Shown one piece after another: positions 27,963-41,540 of a stretch of 64,000 nucleotides of DNA. Within the stretch, counting starts at the first letter, position 1. Each line of letters begins with the position of its first letter. Made by a program: the position numbers and the translations under genes. Source of the stretch: the human T2T-CHM13v2.0 reference genome, Homo sapiens; the NCBI RefSeq assembly GCF_009914755.1, contig NC_060936.1. One strand, written 5' to 3'. Under the pieces are notes generated by a model that saw only the letters and a program-made list of their open reading frames with translations, had not been told where the DNA came from and did no database searches.

Positions 27963-30900
27963 ACAATGAGAACACTTGGACACAGGAAGGGGGACATCAC
28001 ACGCTAGGGACTGTTGTGGGGTGGGGGGAGGGGGGAGGGATAGCATTAGGAGATATAGCCAATGTAAATGATGAGTTAATGGGTGCAGCACACCAACATG
28101 GCATATGTATACATATGTAACAAACCTGCACGTTGTGCACATGTACCCTAGAACTTAAAGTATAATAATAAAATAAACAAATAAATAAATAAATAAATAA
28201 AATAAAATAATAAAAAACAAAACCAAAAGTAGATATTAACAAAATTGATTTATAAATTAAAAAAATTATTCATCCAAAGTTTATAACAAAAATGGTTTTG
28301 AAAAACATATTAACCTTCTATCCATGTAATAATACAATCATTTAATTTTTTCTGATTCTTTTGAATTTTTGTTCATTTGCACATATTATTTTTATAAGGG
28401 TAAGCACAATTTGATATTCTCTACTTTACAATTAAAAACGTTTTCCCTACTTTGTCACATGGGCTTTCTAATCATGTTAGATCACATGCAATTGTAGTAA
28501 GTGAAATACCAAATATTCTGAAGAATTTTGCTATTGGTAGGCCTTTTCACCGCTATCAACAATTTGCAATAAACATCTTCGTGTATAAAATTTGAAAAAA
28601 TAATCATTCCCTTATAATAAAGCTTCTGGAAGAGAAATTAAGCTTGATTGTGGTAGAGATTAAGTGGGGCCACAGTTAATGAGCTGACTTCAACCCAAGA
28701 AGTTAGAAGAACAATAGAGGTAACTCAAATAAATGAGAAATAAATATAACAGAAGTTGAAAATAGAAATAATTATACAATAGAGTGGATCAAACCCAAAG
28801 CTAGTTCTTTAAAGACTCATGAGGAGTACATGTTCTCTCCCAAAATAATTACAAAGTTGCAAAGAAAGCACAAAGAAACATCAGGAATGAAGCCAGAGAT
28901 ATAACTATAGCTACAGTTTAGAACTATACTACTTTTTAGTAGAATTATATTATTTTCCCCTTAAAGATAACCATATATTGGGGAAGAAACATTTATAACC
29001 TTTAAAGCACTTTTGAAACCTTAGAGGAGAACCACTATTCCAGTGATACTTGCAATAAACCCATATATTGTAAATATTTTCATGAAGAAATAGCAGTATC
29101 AAGCTCCTTGATATTTCCTATGGGCAAGGGTATTCATCTATGACTTGGACTTAATCTTGGAGTCTGATATACTGGAATAATGGAAAAACTTGCATCAGAG
29201 TGGTATTTAGTTTACTTCTTAACAGGGTTCAAATAATACACCCTTGGATCAATTAATACCATCCCTTTCCCCCACATCATCCCAAAGGTGTAATAAAAAC
29301 TATAGCCACTCTTCTTCTGGTTCTGCAGAATTACATGAACCTCCTTTTGATAGCCTTCACCAAATGATTTACCTTGGAGGATTTATCACTTTTGAAATAT
29401 CTCACCCCAGGAAGAGTAGAGACTCTGCCTCCATAGTCCTCTCAACTTTTGCATTTTTGGAAATAAATGACTAAGAGTGGAGGTATATCTCCCATTTACA
29501 AATGCAGAGCAACATACAAAGGTGAGCCAGGAGCTAAATCAAACATAAATCAGACTAAAATGCTTTATTTCCCCTCCTCCCTCTTAGTCTTTTCTTGCAT
29601 TTTATATATTCTTCCATGGAAATGTAAATATCTCAATACAGAGTTGAGGGCACTTGTCCAAAATTATGCCACCCTGAACACAGATTGAGAAAAACTCATC
29701 ATTGGTTTTGTTCCTACAAGGTCAGAATTCAGCCCCTCCCATCCCTTTTTGCTCTGATAGAGGCACCATCCTTGTCTCTTGGGATTGGGCACAAGTGCTG
29801 CTATGTCTGATCTTTTTCTTAAATTTCCTGCAGTTGTTGTTTTCCTAAACATTCCAGTTTGGCAAGATTTTCCTTTGTTAATTTGCTATCTGAAACCAGT
29901 GGCAAGATTTTCTCATAATAATATTTTGCAGACACTCAGTCCTCTTGTAACAGGAAGGGAAGGGACCCATTACATTTTGATCCATCAGACTGCTCTCATA
30001 ATGGAACAGGGGAAACAGAAAATGCTGCCTCTGTGTGTAATGTTATCCTTGCCATTTCATGTTCTTGAAGAACTCATTGTTAGTTTTAAGTACCTGACCA
30101 GCTGGAGAATGTGAGCGAAAATAGTCATAGGACAAGGTTAAACAGCAGAAGAGCAGATTTTTTTCAATTCTGCTAATGAAAGGTATGAGGACACCAGGTG
30201 AACCTTCTGAATAACAGATGGGCTATTACATATTTTGTCATGTTCTAATCAACCAGAGTCTTGGCTAGAGATTCATATTCTTGGAAGGAAGGAAGAAAGC
30301 AAGGAGGAAGGGAGGGAGGAAGGAAGAGAGGAAGAAAATAGTTTTCTGAAACTGTAAGAGTGATGACAAAATAGTTCATGTTTTCCATACCCATTGAGTG
30401 GGGAGTTATTCCAATGTTCAATGTAAAGTAACTTTTAGAGTCTAGGTTAAGTGAAAATGTGAGTTTTCTAAAAAGAAAAGAACATAATAGTTCTGCAAGG
30501 TGTGTGGCAGTGCATACCTACCGAACACCTTAATGCAGAAAGAAAGGTACAGGGCTCTAGCCCCATCTGTCCATCTCTTAACCTGCTTAACACACTGTCC
30601 TCATCCTCTGTTGACCCCACCTCTTTTGTTTAATCCCCCTAACTCAGGTTAGGGGTCTGCCTGATCCTAGTTCATTGCCAATTAGTCCCAACTGCTAACT
30701 TTCTCCAGGCCTTTTCCAGCTATAAATCTATTTTCTCCCTTCTGTGGCTCACTTATCGTCTGGATCAATTTCTGCAAAGTCTCAGAGTTCATGTCTTTTG
30801 GTTTTCTCTATTCCAAAAGGCATGAGTTTTCTCCACTTTACTCTCTGCTTAAACTCACATATGGATGAAAAATGGCTATTCCTTAGATTTCAGTCATAGA

Positions 30901-31313
30901 TTCAAGCAGTATTGCTTGGAGTGGAAGTACTGCGTGCAGTCAACCACTGCCATTTACTACTGCTTGCTGTGTTCCAGAGAAGGAACCAGATGAAAAGAGC
31001 CTGACACACAGGGCCTGACACACAGTGAGCACTCAGTGTTCTGCTGCCATTGCTACAACCCAGGCACTGTGTAAAGTGTCTGTTCCTCACAGCATCACTT
31101 GTCAAGGAGGTGAAAAGGAGGAATGAACAAAGAGTCTCCCCATGTTGTTGAGTGGAATCCTCAGGCCCTCTCTGTGCCCAAACACAAATAGCAAAGATAT
31201 TTTAAGATTGCTCTTATCAATGAGGATTGACAAAATCCTGAATAACTGAGAACTTGAGACTGCTGCATTTCATTAGTTATTTTCAAGCCCAAAATTTGCC
31301 CTACGAGTATTTT

Positions 31314-32343
31314 TTAAAAATTTATTTGAGCTTAAGAACTACATGTGCAAGTTTGTTATATAGGTAAGCCCATGTCATGGGGGCTTGTTGTATAGATTAT
31401 TTCGTCACTCAGGTATTAAGCCTAGTACTCATTAGTTTATTTTTCCTGATCCTCTCCCCCCTCTTTCCTCCCCCTCAAGTAGGCCCCAGTGTCTGTTGTT
31501 CCCATCGTTCTGTTCACGTGTTCTCATCATTTAGCTCGCACTTATAAGTGACAATATGCTGTGTTCGGTTTTCTGTTCCTGTGTTAGTTTGCTAAGGATA
31601 ATAGCCTCCAGCTCCATCCATGTTTCTTCAAAGGACAGAATCTCATTCTTTTTTATGGCAGCATAGTATTCCATGACGTATATGTACCATATTTTCTTTA
31701 TCCAGTCTACCACTGATGGGCATTTAGGTTGATTCTGTGTCTTTGCTATTGTGAGTAGTGCTGCAATGAACACACAAGTGCATGTGTCTTTATAATAGAA
31801 TGATTTATATTCCTATGGGTATATACCAGTAATGGGATTGCTGGGTCGAATGGTAGTCCTATTTTGGGGTCCTTGAGAAATTGCCCGCTGCTTTCCACAA
31901 TAGATGGACTAATTTACATTGCCCAACAGTGTATAAGCATTCCTTTTTCTCTGCAACCTCACCAGCATTTGTTATTTTTTGACATTTTAAAAGCAGCTAT
32001 TCTGACTGGTGTGAGATGGTATCTCATTGTGGTTTTGATTTGCATTTCTCTAATGATCAGTGATGTGGAGTTTCTTTTCATATGCTTGTTGACCACATGT
32101 ATGTCTTCTTTTGAAAAGTGTTCATGTCCTTTGCTCATTTTTTAATGTGTTTTTTTATTGTAAATGTGTTTATGTTCCTTATAGACAAATAAAGTCCTAT
32201 GAATATTAGACGTTTGTCAGATGCATAGTTTGAAAATATTTTCTCCCATTATGTAGGTTGTCTGTTTACTGTATTAATAATTTTTTTCCTATACAGAAGC
32301 TCTTTAGTTTAATTAGATCCCATTTATCAATTTTTGCTTTTGT
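31314..32343 (-). mobile_element. L1PA15/16-like 3' fragment (~1 kb)
   Basis: ORF 31531..31773 (-) matches the ORF2 C-terminus (MFIAALLTIAKTQNQPKCPS). Degenerate TSD CCTACNNGTATTTT at 31300-31313 and 32344-32357. Confidence 0.9.
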
Positions 32344-33499
32344 CCTACATGTATTTTCTGATATTTGTTAAGGTTTGCACTTATTGTGCAGTCAATTGAG
32401 AGTTTTCAAAATATGTTTCTATTATAGCTGGTTATCAACTGGAAATTTCCCTGAATTGTGGGCTCCAGTCTGGGGCCTTGGCATCTCCTTCTGTGATCAC
32501 CCCAGGCTTCTCTCTTCTGACCCTTCGCTCAAAACCTAGGTGAGTGTGGCAATACTTACTTTCTCCAATTTCCCTTTAATTTTCTCTCACACATCATGTA
32601 CTACCAGAAGCCATTAAAAATAGGTTCATAACCTTTCATTTAATATCTTAATTTCCTAAACCCTAAGGAATTTTTATCTTTCAATTTCTAGATGTTATTA
32701 CTGTCATAGGACATTTTTTGCAGAGAAAATATAGCTTATGCTATGGCCAGGTTAATGCTACCAGTTGTTCATGGAAAATGTTGGTATCACATTTTTAATC
32801 TAGTATTTAGCCCCATCTCAAAATGTAAACATACTTCCTTTTATTACCAAATAATAATCTATGCCCCCAGCAGCTTCATTTCATCTCTTGGCGTCACTTC
32901 TCCTCAGAGTGGCACTCCCTCTTGTACCCTTACCAGAGTGCCAGCCCATCCCAAGTCTCACCCAGTTTCAGGGAAGGAGCAAAGCTGAGGGCTGGGGCAA
33001 GACAGCTTGTTGCACAATGTGCCAGCAGTGAGCTATTAGGTCAAGTAAGAATAATTCCCATCCATTAGTGGCATCAGCAGGACCACATCAGATGCAGTGC
33101 ACCTAGTCTGCAGGCTTACTATGATTAAGATCAGGGTTCAAGTCATTGCGTCTGATGAAGGTTCTGCTCACATGCACCACTATGTTCTCTATTCGATCAA
33201 GGCTTGCCAGCCGCAGGTTAATGCCTACACCATCCTCTCCTTCCCCAGCACTGTGGCTCACCTTTCTGGTCTTGGTGTTTTGTTTTGTTGTGTTTTGAGT
33301 GGCCCAGCTTCTGTACAATGTAAACCCTGTCAGCAGGGGAACACTGTGTTCATCACAGCTGTAGGACAAGGGTGATATCCTTATCTCTGTCCTGCCATTT
33401 AATTGGTTTACATTTTGTGGCTATAGGCTGCAGAGCACGGAGGATGATAGGGATGAAGCCTAAGAATAGCTCATTTGAACCATATGAGTCCTACCCAAA

Positions 33500-34070
33500 G
33501 TCCTCTAAAGGTTTTCAACTTACCAGGCATAAAAGTCAAAGTCCCTACAGTCTCCTTCTGGGTCCTATATGACCTGGCTCTTGCATTCATAATCTGGCCC
33601 CTGTGATCTATGACTCACTTTTTATCACTTCCTTTCACTTGCTGTGTCTCAGCCATGTGGCTGGTACTTAGCTTCAACACAGGGCCTTTGTGCTTGCTGT
33701 CTGCTTTGCCTGGAATGCTCTTCCCCTAGACTACCATATGGCTTGAACCTTCATGGACTTTGCTCAAATGTACTTTTCACCAGGACTTCCCTGATCATGT
33801 AATTTACACTGTAACCTCTATGGAAGGGGGACGACAGAGAAGAGCACCCCTATTCCCCTTCCTTGCTCTATATTTCTCATGAATATTCATTCATGCACCT
33901 TTATGCCTATGTCTGTCTGTATGTACACGCATATTGATTGATAAATCCTCCTCTACTAAATAAAAGTCTCATGATGGCAGAATTTTTATTATTGCTCTAT
34001 TCTCACTACCTCAAAGACTACCTGACATAAGATACCTTTCATAAATATCAGTTGAATAGATGGATGAAGG
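33500..34070 (+). mobile_element. L2 3' remnant
   Basis: agggcctttgtgcttgctgtctgctttgcctggaatgctctt...taaatatcagttgaatagatggatgaa. Confidence 0.75.
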
Positions 34071-34306
34071 AATTGTGGTGAATCTTTGCTCTTATTAGGT
34101 ATAACCAATATGATCCCCCTATTTTCAGTTCCTCTGAACAAGAAGATTCATCAAGTTTAGCTTTCACTATAGAACAAAGCAAGCTTGTTTACCAGCAAGA
34201 GAAAGTATTCTATACAAAAGAAAAGGAACATACTATTTGAAGTAGCACTTTAGTCTTGACATTTAGGTTATGCTGTGAGGAAAACTGAGCCACACTAAGT
34301 TCTAAC

Positions 34307-36304
34307 ACATGGTTTCTCAACCTTGGCCACTACTGATATTTGGAGTTTACTTAGGAATAAACTTGGTCAAGGAGGCAAAAGACTTGTTCTTTCAAAATTG
34401 TGTCAGTAATCAAAGAAATTAAAGCAGACATAAATAATTTGAAAGACCTCCCATGTTCACGGACTGCAAAATTAATATTGTTAAAATGTCCATACCACCC
34501 AAAGTGATCTACAGATTCAATAACATCCCTAAAATCCCAATGTCACTTTTACAGAAACAAAAAAACGAACCCTAAGATTCATATGGAATCCCAAAAGTCC
34601 TCGAATAGCCAAAGGAATTTTGAGCAAAAAGAACAAAGCTAGAGGCACAACACTCCCTGATTTCAAAATATATTACAGAGCTACAGTAGTCAAACAATAT
34701 GGTACTAGCATAAAAACAATTGTATAGACCAATGAATCAGAATAGGGAGTTCAGAAATAAACACACATATACGGTCAAATAATCTTTGATAAGGATACCA
34801 AGAATATACGATGAGAAAAAGATTAGCCTTTTCAATAAATAATATGGGAAAATTGGTATTCACATGCAAAAGAATGAAACTGGATGGTTATCTTACACCA
34901 CGCACAAAAATCAACTAAAAATGGATTTAAAACTTAAGCATAACAGCAGAAACTATAAAACTCCTAGAAGAAAACAGGAAAAAAGCTTCTTGACATTAGC
35001 CTTGGCAATGATTTTTTGGATGATACTAAAAGCACAGGCAACAAAAGAAAATAAAGTGGATTACATCAAATTAAAAAGCTTCTGCACAGAAAAAAGAAAC
35101 AATCAAGATAAAAAAACAACCTATGGGATAGGAAAAATATAATGGAAAACCATATATTTTATAAGATGTTAATATGCAAAATATACAAGAAACTCCTATA
35201 ACTCAAAAGCAAAGAACCTCAAATAAAAAATCCAATGAAAAATGGATAAAGCAACTAAGTAGACTTTTTTTTTGCAAGGAAGACACACAACTGGATAACA
35301 GGCACATGAAAAGGAGTTCAACGTCAATAATCATGAGGGAAATGCAAAGCAAATCAAAACCACCATGAACTATTACCTCACATCTGTTAGAATGGCTATT
35401 ATTTAAAAAACAACAGATACACTTTGGCACAAATGTGGAGAAAAGAGACGCTATTGACAGGAATCTAAATTGCTGCAGCCACTGTGGGAAACAGTATGAA
35501 GGTTCCACAAAAAATTAAAAATAAAACTACTATATGATCCAGCAATCTCACTTCTGAGTATATATCCACAGGAATTGAATTCAGGATTTTGAAGAGATGT
35601 GTGTACTCCATGTTTACAGCAGCATTATTCACTGTAGCCAAGACATGGAAGCAACCTAAATGTCCGCAAACAGATTAACTGATGAAGAAATTGTGATATA
35701 TACATAAAATGGCATGTTATTCAGCCATAAAGAGAGGAAATCCTGCCATCTACCACAACATGGGTGAACATGAAGGACACTATGCTAAGTGAAATGAGCC
35801 AAACACAGGGCTACATGATTCCACTTACATGATGAATCTGAAATAAAACTCCTAGAAGCAGAAAATGCAATGGTGGCCAGGGGTTGGGGAGAGTGGAAAA
35901 TGGGAAGATACTAGTCAAAGAGTACAACATTTTGGTTACACAGATGAATAAGTCCTAGAGATATACTGTATAACTTAATGTCTATAGGTGACAACACTGT
36001 ATTGTATACTCAAAAATTTGCTATGAGGGTAGATCTAATGTTGTGTCTTTATCATAGAAAAAATTAATAATAATAAATAAGAGGGTAAGAGGAAAGTTTT
36101 AGAAGTTGAATAGGCTTCTGGGATAGCTTGCAGATTGTGGCAATGGTTTCATGGGTATATACTTATCTCTAAACTAACCAAGTTGTATGCATTAAATATA
36201 TACAGCTTTTTCTATGTTGATTGTACTTCAATAAAAATAGTTTTTTAAAAAATTTCCAAACATTGCCAATGTTCAATAAAATCCCCTCAGTTAAGAACCA
36301 GTGG
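34307..36304. mobile_element. MER20-like hAT element ends (34307-34345, 36253-36304) split by an L1MB
   Basis: catggtttctcaaccttggccactactgatattt on the left and ccaaacattgccaatg...gttaagaaccagtg on the right. Confidence 0.55.
34346..36250 (+). mobile_element. L1MB1/2-like 3' fragment (~1.9 kb)
   Basis: Degenerate ORF2 C-terminus ([19 protein letters not shown]) and an L1MB-type 3'UTR ending cttcaataaaa. Confidence 0.85.
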
Positions 36305-37829
36305 TTGAATAGAGTCTTAATTCCCAGAAAACATACCTTGATTGATCTTTAATGATACTATCTATAAGTACATACAATTCTCTATGATCAGTAAAATCAT
36401 AGCACCTATCTTACACAGACACATTCAAAACAAAACAAAACAAGGAGTTCATGCTATTCAGTATCTAGTTAACACGGCAAAGCACAAACTGCACTAATTT
36501 CATTTTTTAGAAATCTCTTTTTTTTAGTTTCAAATAACTGAAAGAGAAGATAACCTATGAACATTAAATTATTTGAGAGAAGAAAGATATAAGGAGAGAA
36601 AAACAGGAAGACACAGCTCATATAAAAATTACTTTTCATGCCGTGATGTGTTGGAGCCCACCCATGATCATCCAAGCCTGTGGTTGATCTTATTTCCATG
36701 ACTGTTTTATAGCTCTAAATAAACTTTTAAAAACACATATATTTTCATGTCACAGAACTAGGTCCCAAGAAATTTGTGGAATACCACTCTCTTCACACAC
36801 AAGAGTTTAAATGATGAATGCAATAATCATCATCATGGAACCAGCCACTACTAGGTCACGAATGACCTGTTTCCTATTATGTTCCAAAGTCCCATGCACA
36901 GCATAAGTTGCTGATTGCAAAGTGGATGAAACTGAAATGTGCAATTTCCCTGCAGAGCTAACGTTGTGGACAAAAAGAGGCAGAAGATGCCTACAGGGAA
37001 TTCAGGCGATTTCTATTATAGTGCATCATTTCCCACTGGCTTTGACCTGTGAGAAAACTGGGATTTTCCACTGTTTTCATTATAAAAGGAGTTTGTAGTA
37101 AAAATTTCTTATTACCACAGAATCTAAGGGTGGTTGTCTAACCCAGCTCTCAACACTTGATGCAGTCATGCCTTTAACAATATCACTAACATGGTTATTT
37201 AGTCTGTGCTTAAATATCTCCATGTCCTGATGTTCATTACTTTCTCAGAAAGCTATTTCACTGGCAGAGTTTTAATTAATAGAATATCTTTCATTATTTT
37301 AAGATAAAATTTTCTACTTAGACTACTGTAACACACAATGAGTTTCTCCTGCCATATGAAAGATATTCAAAGGTTTAAAATGTGTATCATCTCTTCTTCC
37401 TATATTTTTCTTTTTGTGTAAAGAATCAGTATTGTATTGAGTACAATGTCTATATGGATTTTCTTTACCTATTTTGTCTGATTACAGTAAAAATATTCTC
37501 CCTAACAATTTTCCATTTTCATGGTGATCACCATAAACATATCAATTCAATAGAATAAAGACAAAAGTTAGTAGTTGCTATCAATTAAAATATAGATCGT
37601 ACATCTTAAAATTAATAAATTCATGTTAATGTTTATTATTATTTTAACTATCAAAGTACAACTGAACAGATGTATTAAATAAGTAAAAATGCATTAAATA
37701 AACAAAAATCTTCCTTTACTTTTGTCTTATATAAAACAAGTAAATAATGAGAAAATATTCTCTTAACTGTAACTGTTAAAATAGACTTGCAGTGTGTATC
37801 TTTTGATTAATCAATATTTATTAAGGATG

Positions 37830-38220
37830 GGAGCAAAGTAGACAAAATCTTAGTTTGAAATATTAGTTGTGCCATTTATTATGTGACCTTGGACAAGTTA
37901 CTTATCCATAAGTTGACTTATCTCTAGGATAGGGATAACAACAATACATGTCTTATAGGATTATTGTGAAAATTAATAATGCATGCAAACTTTTAGTTTT
38001 ATTTTTAGAGACAAGGTCTCACTCTGTCACCCAGGCTGGAGTACAGTGGTGCAATCAGAGCTCACTGCAGTTTTGAATTCCTGGGCTCAAGTGATCCTTC
38101 CACCTCAGCCTCCCAAGTAGCTGGGACTACAGGCAGCCACCATGCCTGACTAAATGTAAAAGTCCTAAAATAGTGTCTGATACACAGTAAGTGATCAGCA
38201 CAATTTAGCTATTATTACTA
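37830..38220 (+). mobile_element. MIR interrupted by a FRAM (37990-38151, minus)
   Basis: tgtgaccttggacaagttactt MIR core, with a right-arm Alu monomer inside. Confidence 0.7.
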
Positions 38221-38386
38221 GCCCAATATTCTACTCTTTATATATTTATCCTCCATATAGTAATTATTAATATATTTGTTTTCAAAGCAACGTATTAATG
38301 TATTTAGTTATTTGTATATACATGTATATTTATATTTATAAAGAAAATTATGCTGTTAATTATAGAACATCAATTAGGAAGGTAGG

Positions 38387-38451
38387 TGTTAAAATATTTT
38401 TTAGATGTGGTATTATTAAAATATGTTTCAGATGTGGTATTGTTAAAATAT
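38387..38451. repeat. 27-bp tandem repeat, 2.4 copies
   Basis: TGTTAAAATATTTTTTAGATGTGGTAT / TATTAAAATATGTTTCAGATGTGGTAT / TGTTAAAATAT. Confidence 0.85.
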
Positions 38452-39345
38452 TGTATACACACACACACACACACACACACCACATATGCAATGAAGTACT
38501 ATTCAGCCTTAAAGAAGAGGGAAATCCTATCATTGCAACATGGATGCACATGGAGGACATTATGCTAAGTGAAATAAGCTGGGCACAGGAAGACAAATAC
38601 TGCATAATCTCACTTACATGCAGAACCTAAAAAACTTGTACTCATAGAAGTAGAGAGCAGAATGCTGCTTACCAGAGGCTGGGGGCAGGAAGGGAGGGAA
38701 CAAGGATTTGTTGGTCAAAGGGTACAAAATTTCAGTTATACAGAAGGAATAAATTTTCTTCTTTCTTTTTTTTTTTTTTTTTTTTTTTTGAGACAGGGTC
38801 TTGCTCTGGTGCCCAGGCTGGAGTGCAGTGGTGTGATCAGGGCTCACTGCAGCCTTGACTTCCCACGCTCAAACAATTCTCCCACCTCAGTCTCCAAGTA
38901 GCTGGGTCTACAGGTACATGTCACCATGCCTGGCCATTTTAAAATTATTATTATTTTTTGTAGAGACAGGGTCTCACTATGTTGCCCAGGGTGGTCTTGA
39001 CCTCTTGAACTCCTGGACCCAGGCTGGTCTTGAACTCCTGGACCCACCTTGGCCTCCTGAGGTGCTGGGATTACAGGTGTCAGCCACCATGCCCATCCAG
39101 GAGGAATAAATTTTGAGATCTATTGCACAGCATAGTGATAATAGCCAAAAATAATCTATTCAAATCTCAAAATAACCAAGATATTCCAAATGTTTCACCA
39201 CAAAAAAATGATGAGTGAGATGATAGTTATGTTAATCAGTTTGATTTAATTACTTCTCATTGTATATATGGAATATATATATCAAAACATCACAATGTAC
39301 CCCATAAATATAATTTGTAGATTAAAAATAATATTAAGAAAAAAT
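38452..39345 (+). mobile_element. L1MA 3' fragment with a (CA)n tract, interrupted by AluJ
   Basis: ggaggacattatgctaagtgaaataagc...gagatctattgcacagcatagtga...atcaaaacatcacaatgtaccccataaat. Confidence 0.85.
38758..39098 (-). mobile_element. AluJ with a small internal duplication
   Basis: J-type diagnostics and a duplicated TCTTGAACTCCTGGACCCA. TSD AG(A/G)AGGAATAAATTTT at 38742-38757 and 39099-39114. Confidence 0.9.
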
Positions 39346-39572
39346 ATGCTATTGAAAAAAGTATTTTTCAGGTAATAAGTATTCAAATAATTTCTGTTTC
39401 AAGACTGTCATGATTTTCTGTGTTGAGAGTTCAGGTTCAAATCTATTTCATCAAACGTCTCTGTACTAATTTTTTGTTAATAATGTTATTAATAATACTA
39501 ACATTTTTAAAGTAATTCAGTATTTTGTAATGTAATTTGGTCATTTGAAATTTAACATTGCCCAAAATATAA

Positions 39573-39880
<308 letters not shown>

Positions 39881-41084
39881 ATAACTGTGTATTCTTATGA
39901 CCTCAATAACTTCAATAACCTAGTTGCTTTAGCAGGAAAAAGGAAAAGGCATGGTGTTTCTGTAACATTTATATTTATCTGTAAATACTAATGTGTGAGC
40001 CATGTATGAATCTTATTTCAGTGCTGTTGAATACCAACCTACAAGATGCTTTCCATAATAATGTAAACATAGAAGGAACATTTCCTCTCTTAAGAAACTT
40101 CCAGTTCTGTTTAGGATATTACAGACAATGCAATATATGATGGCTTTCAAGTAATTGATATAGACACTAAGTATTTTAAAAGCATAAGAGAAGCAAGGTC
40201 ATTGTCAACAGGGATGGGCAGGAAGGGCTTCCTGAGAAAGGAGGATGCAACTGTTTCTTGGTGGATAAGTGGGAGTCAGATCAAGGTTGGGGAAACTATT
40301 CCAAGGACACAGATGTGAAGATATCCACAACCATTTATGTAACATTTCAGCAGGAGTAGAGTTATTGGGAGGGGAGAGGAGAAGGGAGAGGAGAAGCTGG
40401 TTTGAGAACAAAATGTGGAATGCTGTGTATACCAAGTTAAAGGTAGTAATTCTGAAGATAATCCAGAGGTGTTGTGGGAGCTTGAAAAAGAAAACAGAGG
40501 CTCATTTAGAGAAGTAAATTATGTCTGCTAATCAGAAATTTCATTTTACAAGCATGCGAGTGATCTTAGGTTTTACTGCATCAGTTTACATTAAGGCTGA
40601 TAGAGTACTAATTTTAATTCATGGACTTAATGTCTCAATTTTACTAATTGTTTATATCTCAAGAACTTTGTCAAGAAGTTTCTATTCTCTTAGTTGATTT
40701 CCTTTTTGTAAAAAATTCATATATGACTCTAAGTTTCTTTGGTTTTTCTTTGGTCTACAGCATCAAGTGACCACAGAGTTTGGAAACTGAGACAAGTTGA
40801 GAGCTGATAAAATAAAAATATGCTTCTTATTCCTATGCATTAATTGGCATGGTGTGTGAAGTAAATGCAGTGAGGTGAGAATCAAAACACTCACATTATT
40901 CCTGACTTTCTCATTGAGAAATGATGTGGTCCTGGCAAATTCACAAATTTTCCATCTATGAGTGAGTGACAATGAGATATCCCTGATCACTTTACATGGA
41001 GGTCATGTGATACACCTGAAAGAAAACACAATTTGGGGTCAGACATTTGCCGTGACCATGTGCCTCTCAGTTCCAGGTGCCCAC

Positions 41085-41540
41085 TCTGCCTCCAGTACCC
41101 ACTGCACCCCAGCAGAGATCTCTTCAAAGCAAAAATCAGATCATGTTGCTCTTCTGCTTAAAACTACCACAATCTCCACTATTCCAAGGATAATAAACAA
41201 ACTACGTGGCTCAGCCCTATATTTGCACCTCCCATCATGTTCCTATTCCCTCATTCTCAGTTCCTTAGATAGGCCCCATTCTCACCTTCGTAGGGCCATT
41301 ATGTGTACAATTTCTTTGAGACTATGTCGTTCTTCATGTCATGATTGAGTACAGTCATAATTTTAATAGGTGATGGTGTGATTGTCTAACATCTGCCACC
41401 CATCTGGACTGTAAGTTTCAATGAGGACGAGTGAAGTTCCCTTTGCTTGTTCTGTTAATCCTACTCTATTCCTGTTACCTCCCATGATAATCTAGCACAA
41501 CAGGCATTCAGCACATTTTTGTTGAACTAATTCATGAATT
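41085..41540 (+). mobile_element. L2 remnant
   Basis: cagcagagatctcttcaaagcaaaaatcagatcatgttgctcttctgcttaaaac...ggactgtaagtttcaatgagg...ttgttgaac. Confidence 0.65.

Noticed and set aside
30283-30335. GGAA-rich purine tract as an EWS-FLI1-type microsatellite
   Set aside because: Only three consecutive GGAA units, so it is ordinary low-complexity sequence.
30999-31025. Short direct repeats (GCCTGACACACAG x2; also TTTCAATTAAG x2 at ~48350 and TGGCAAGATTTTC x2 at ~29860/29900)
   Set aside because: Typical micro-duplications with nothing to indicate function.
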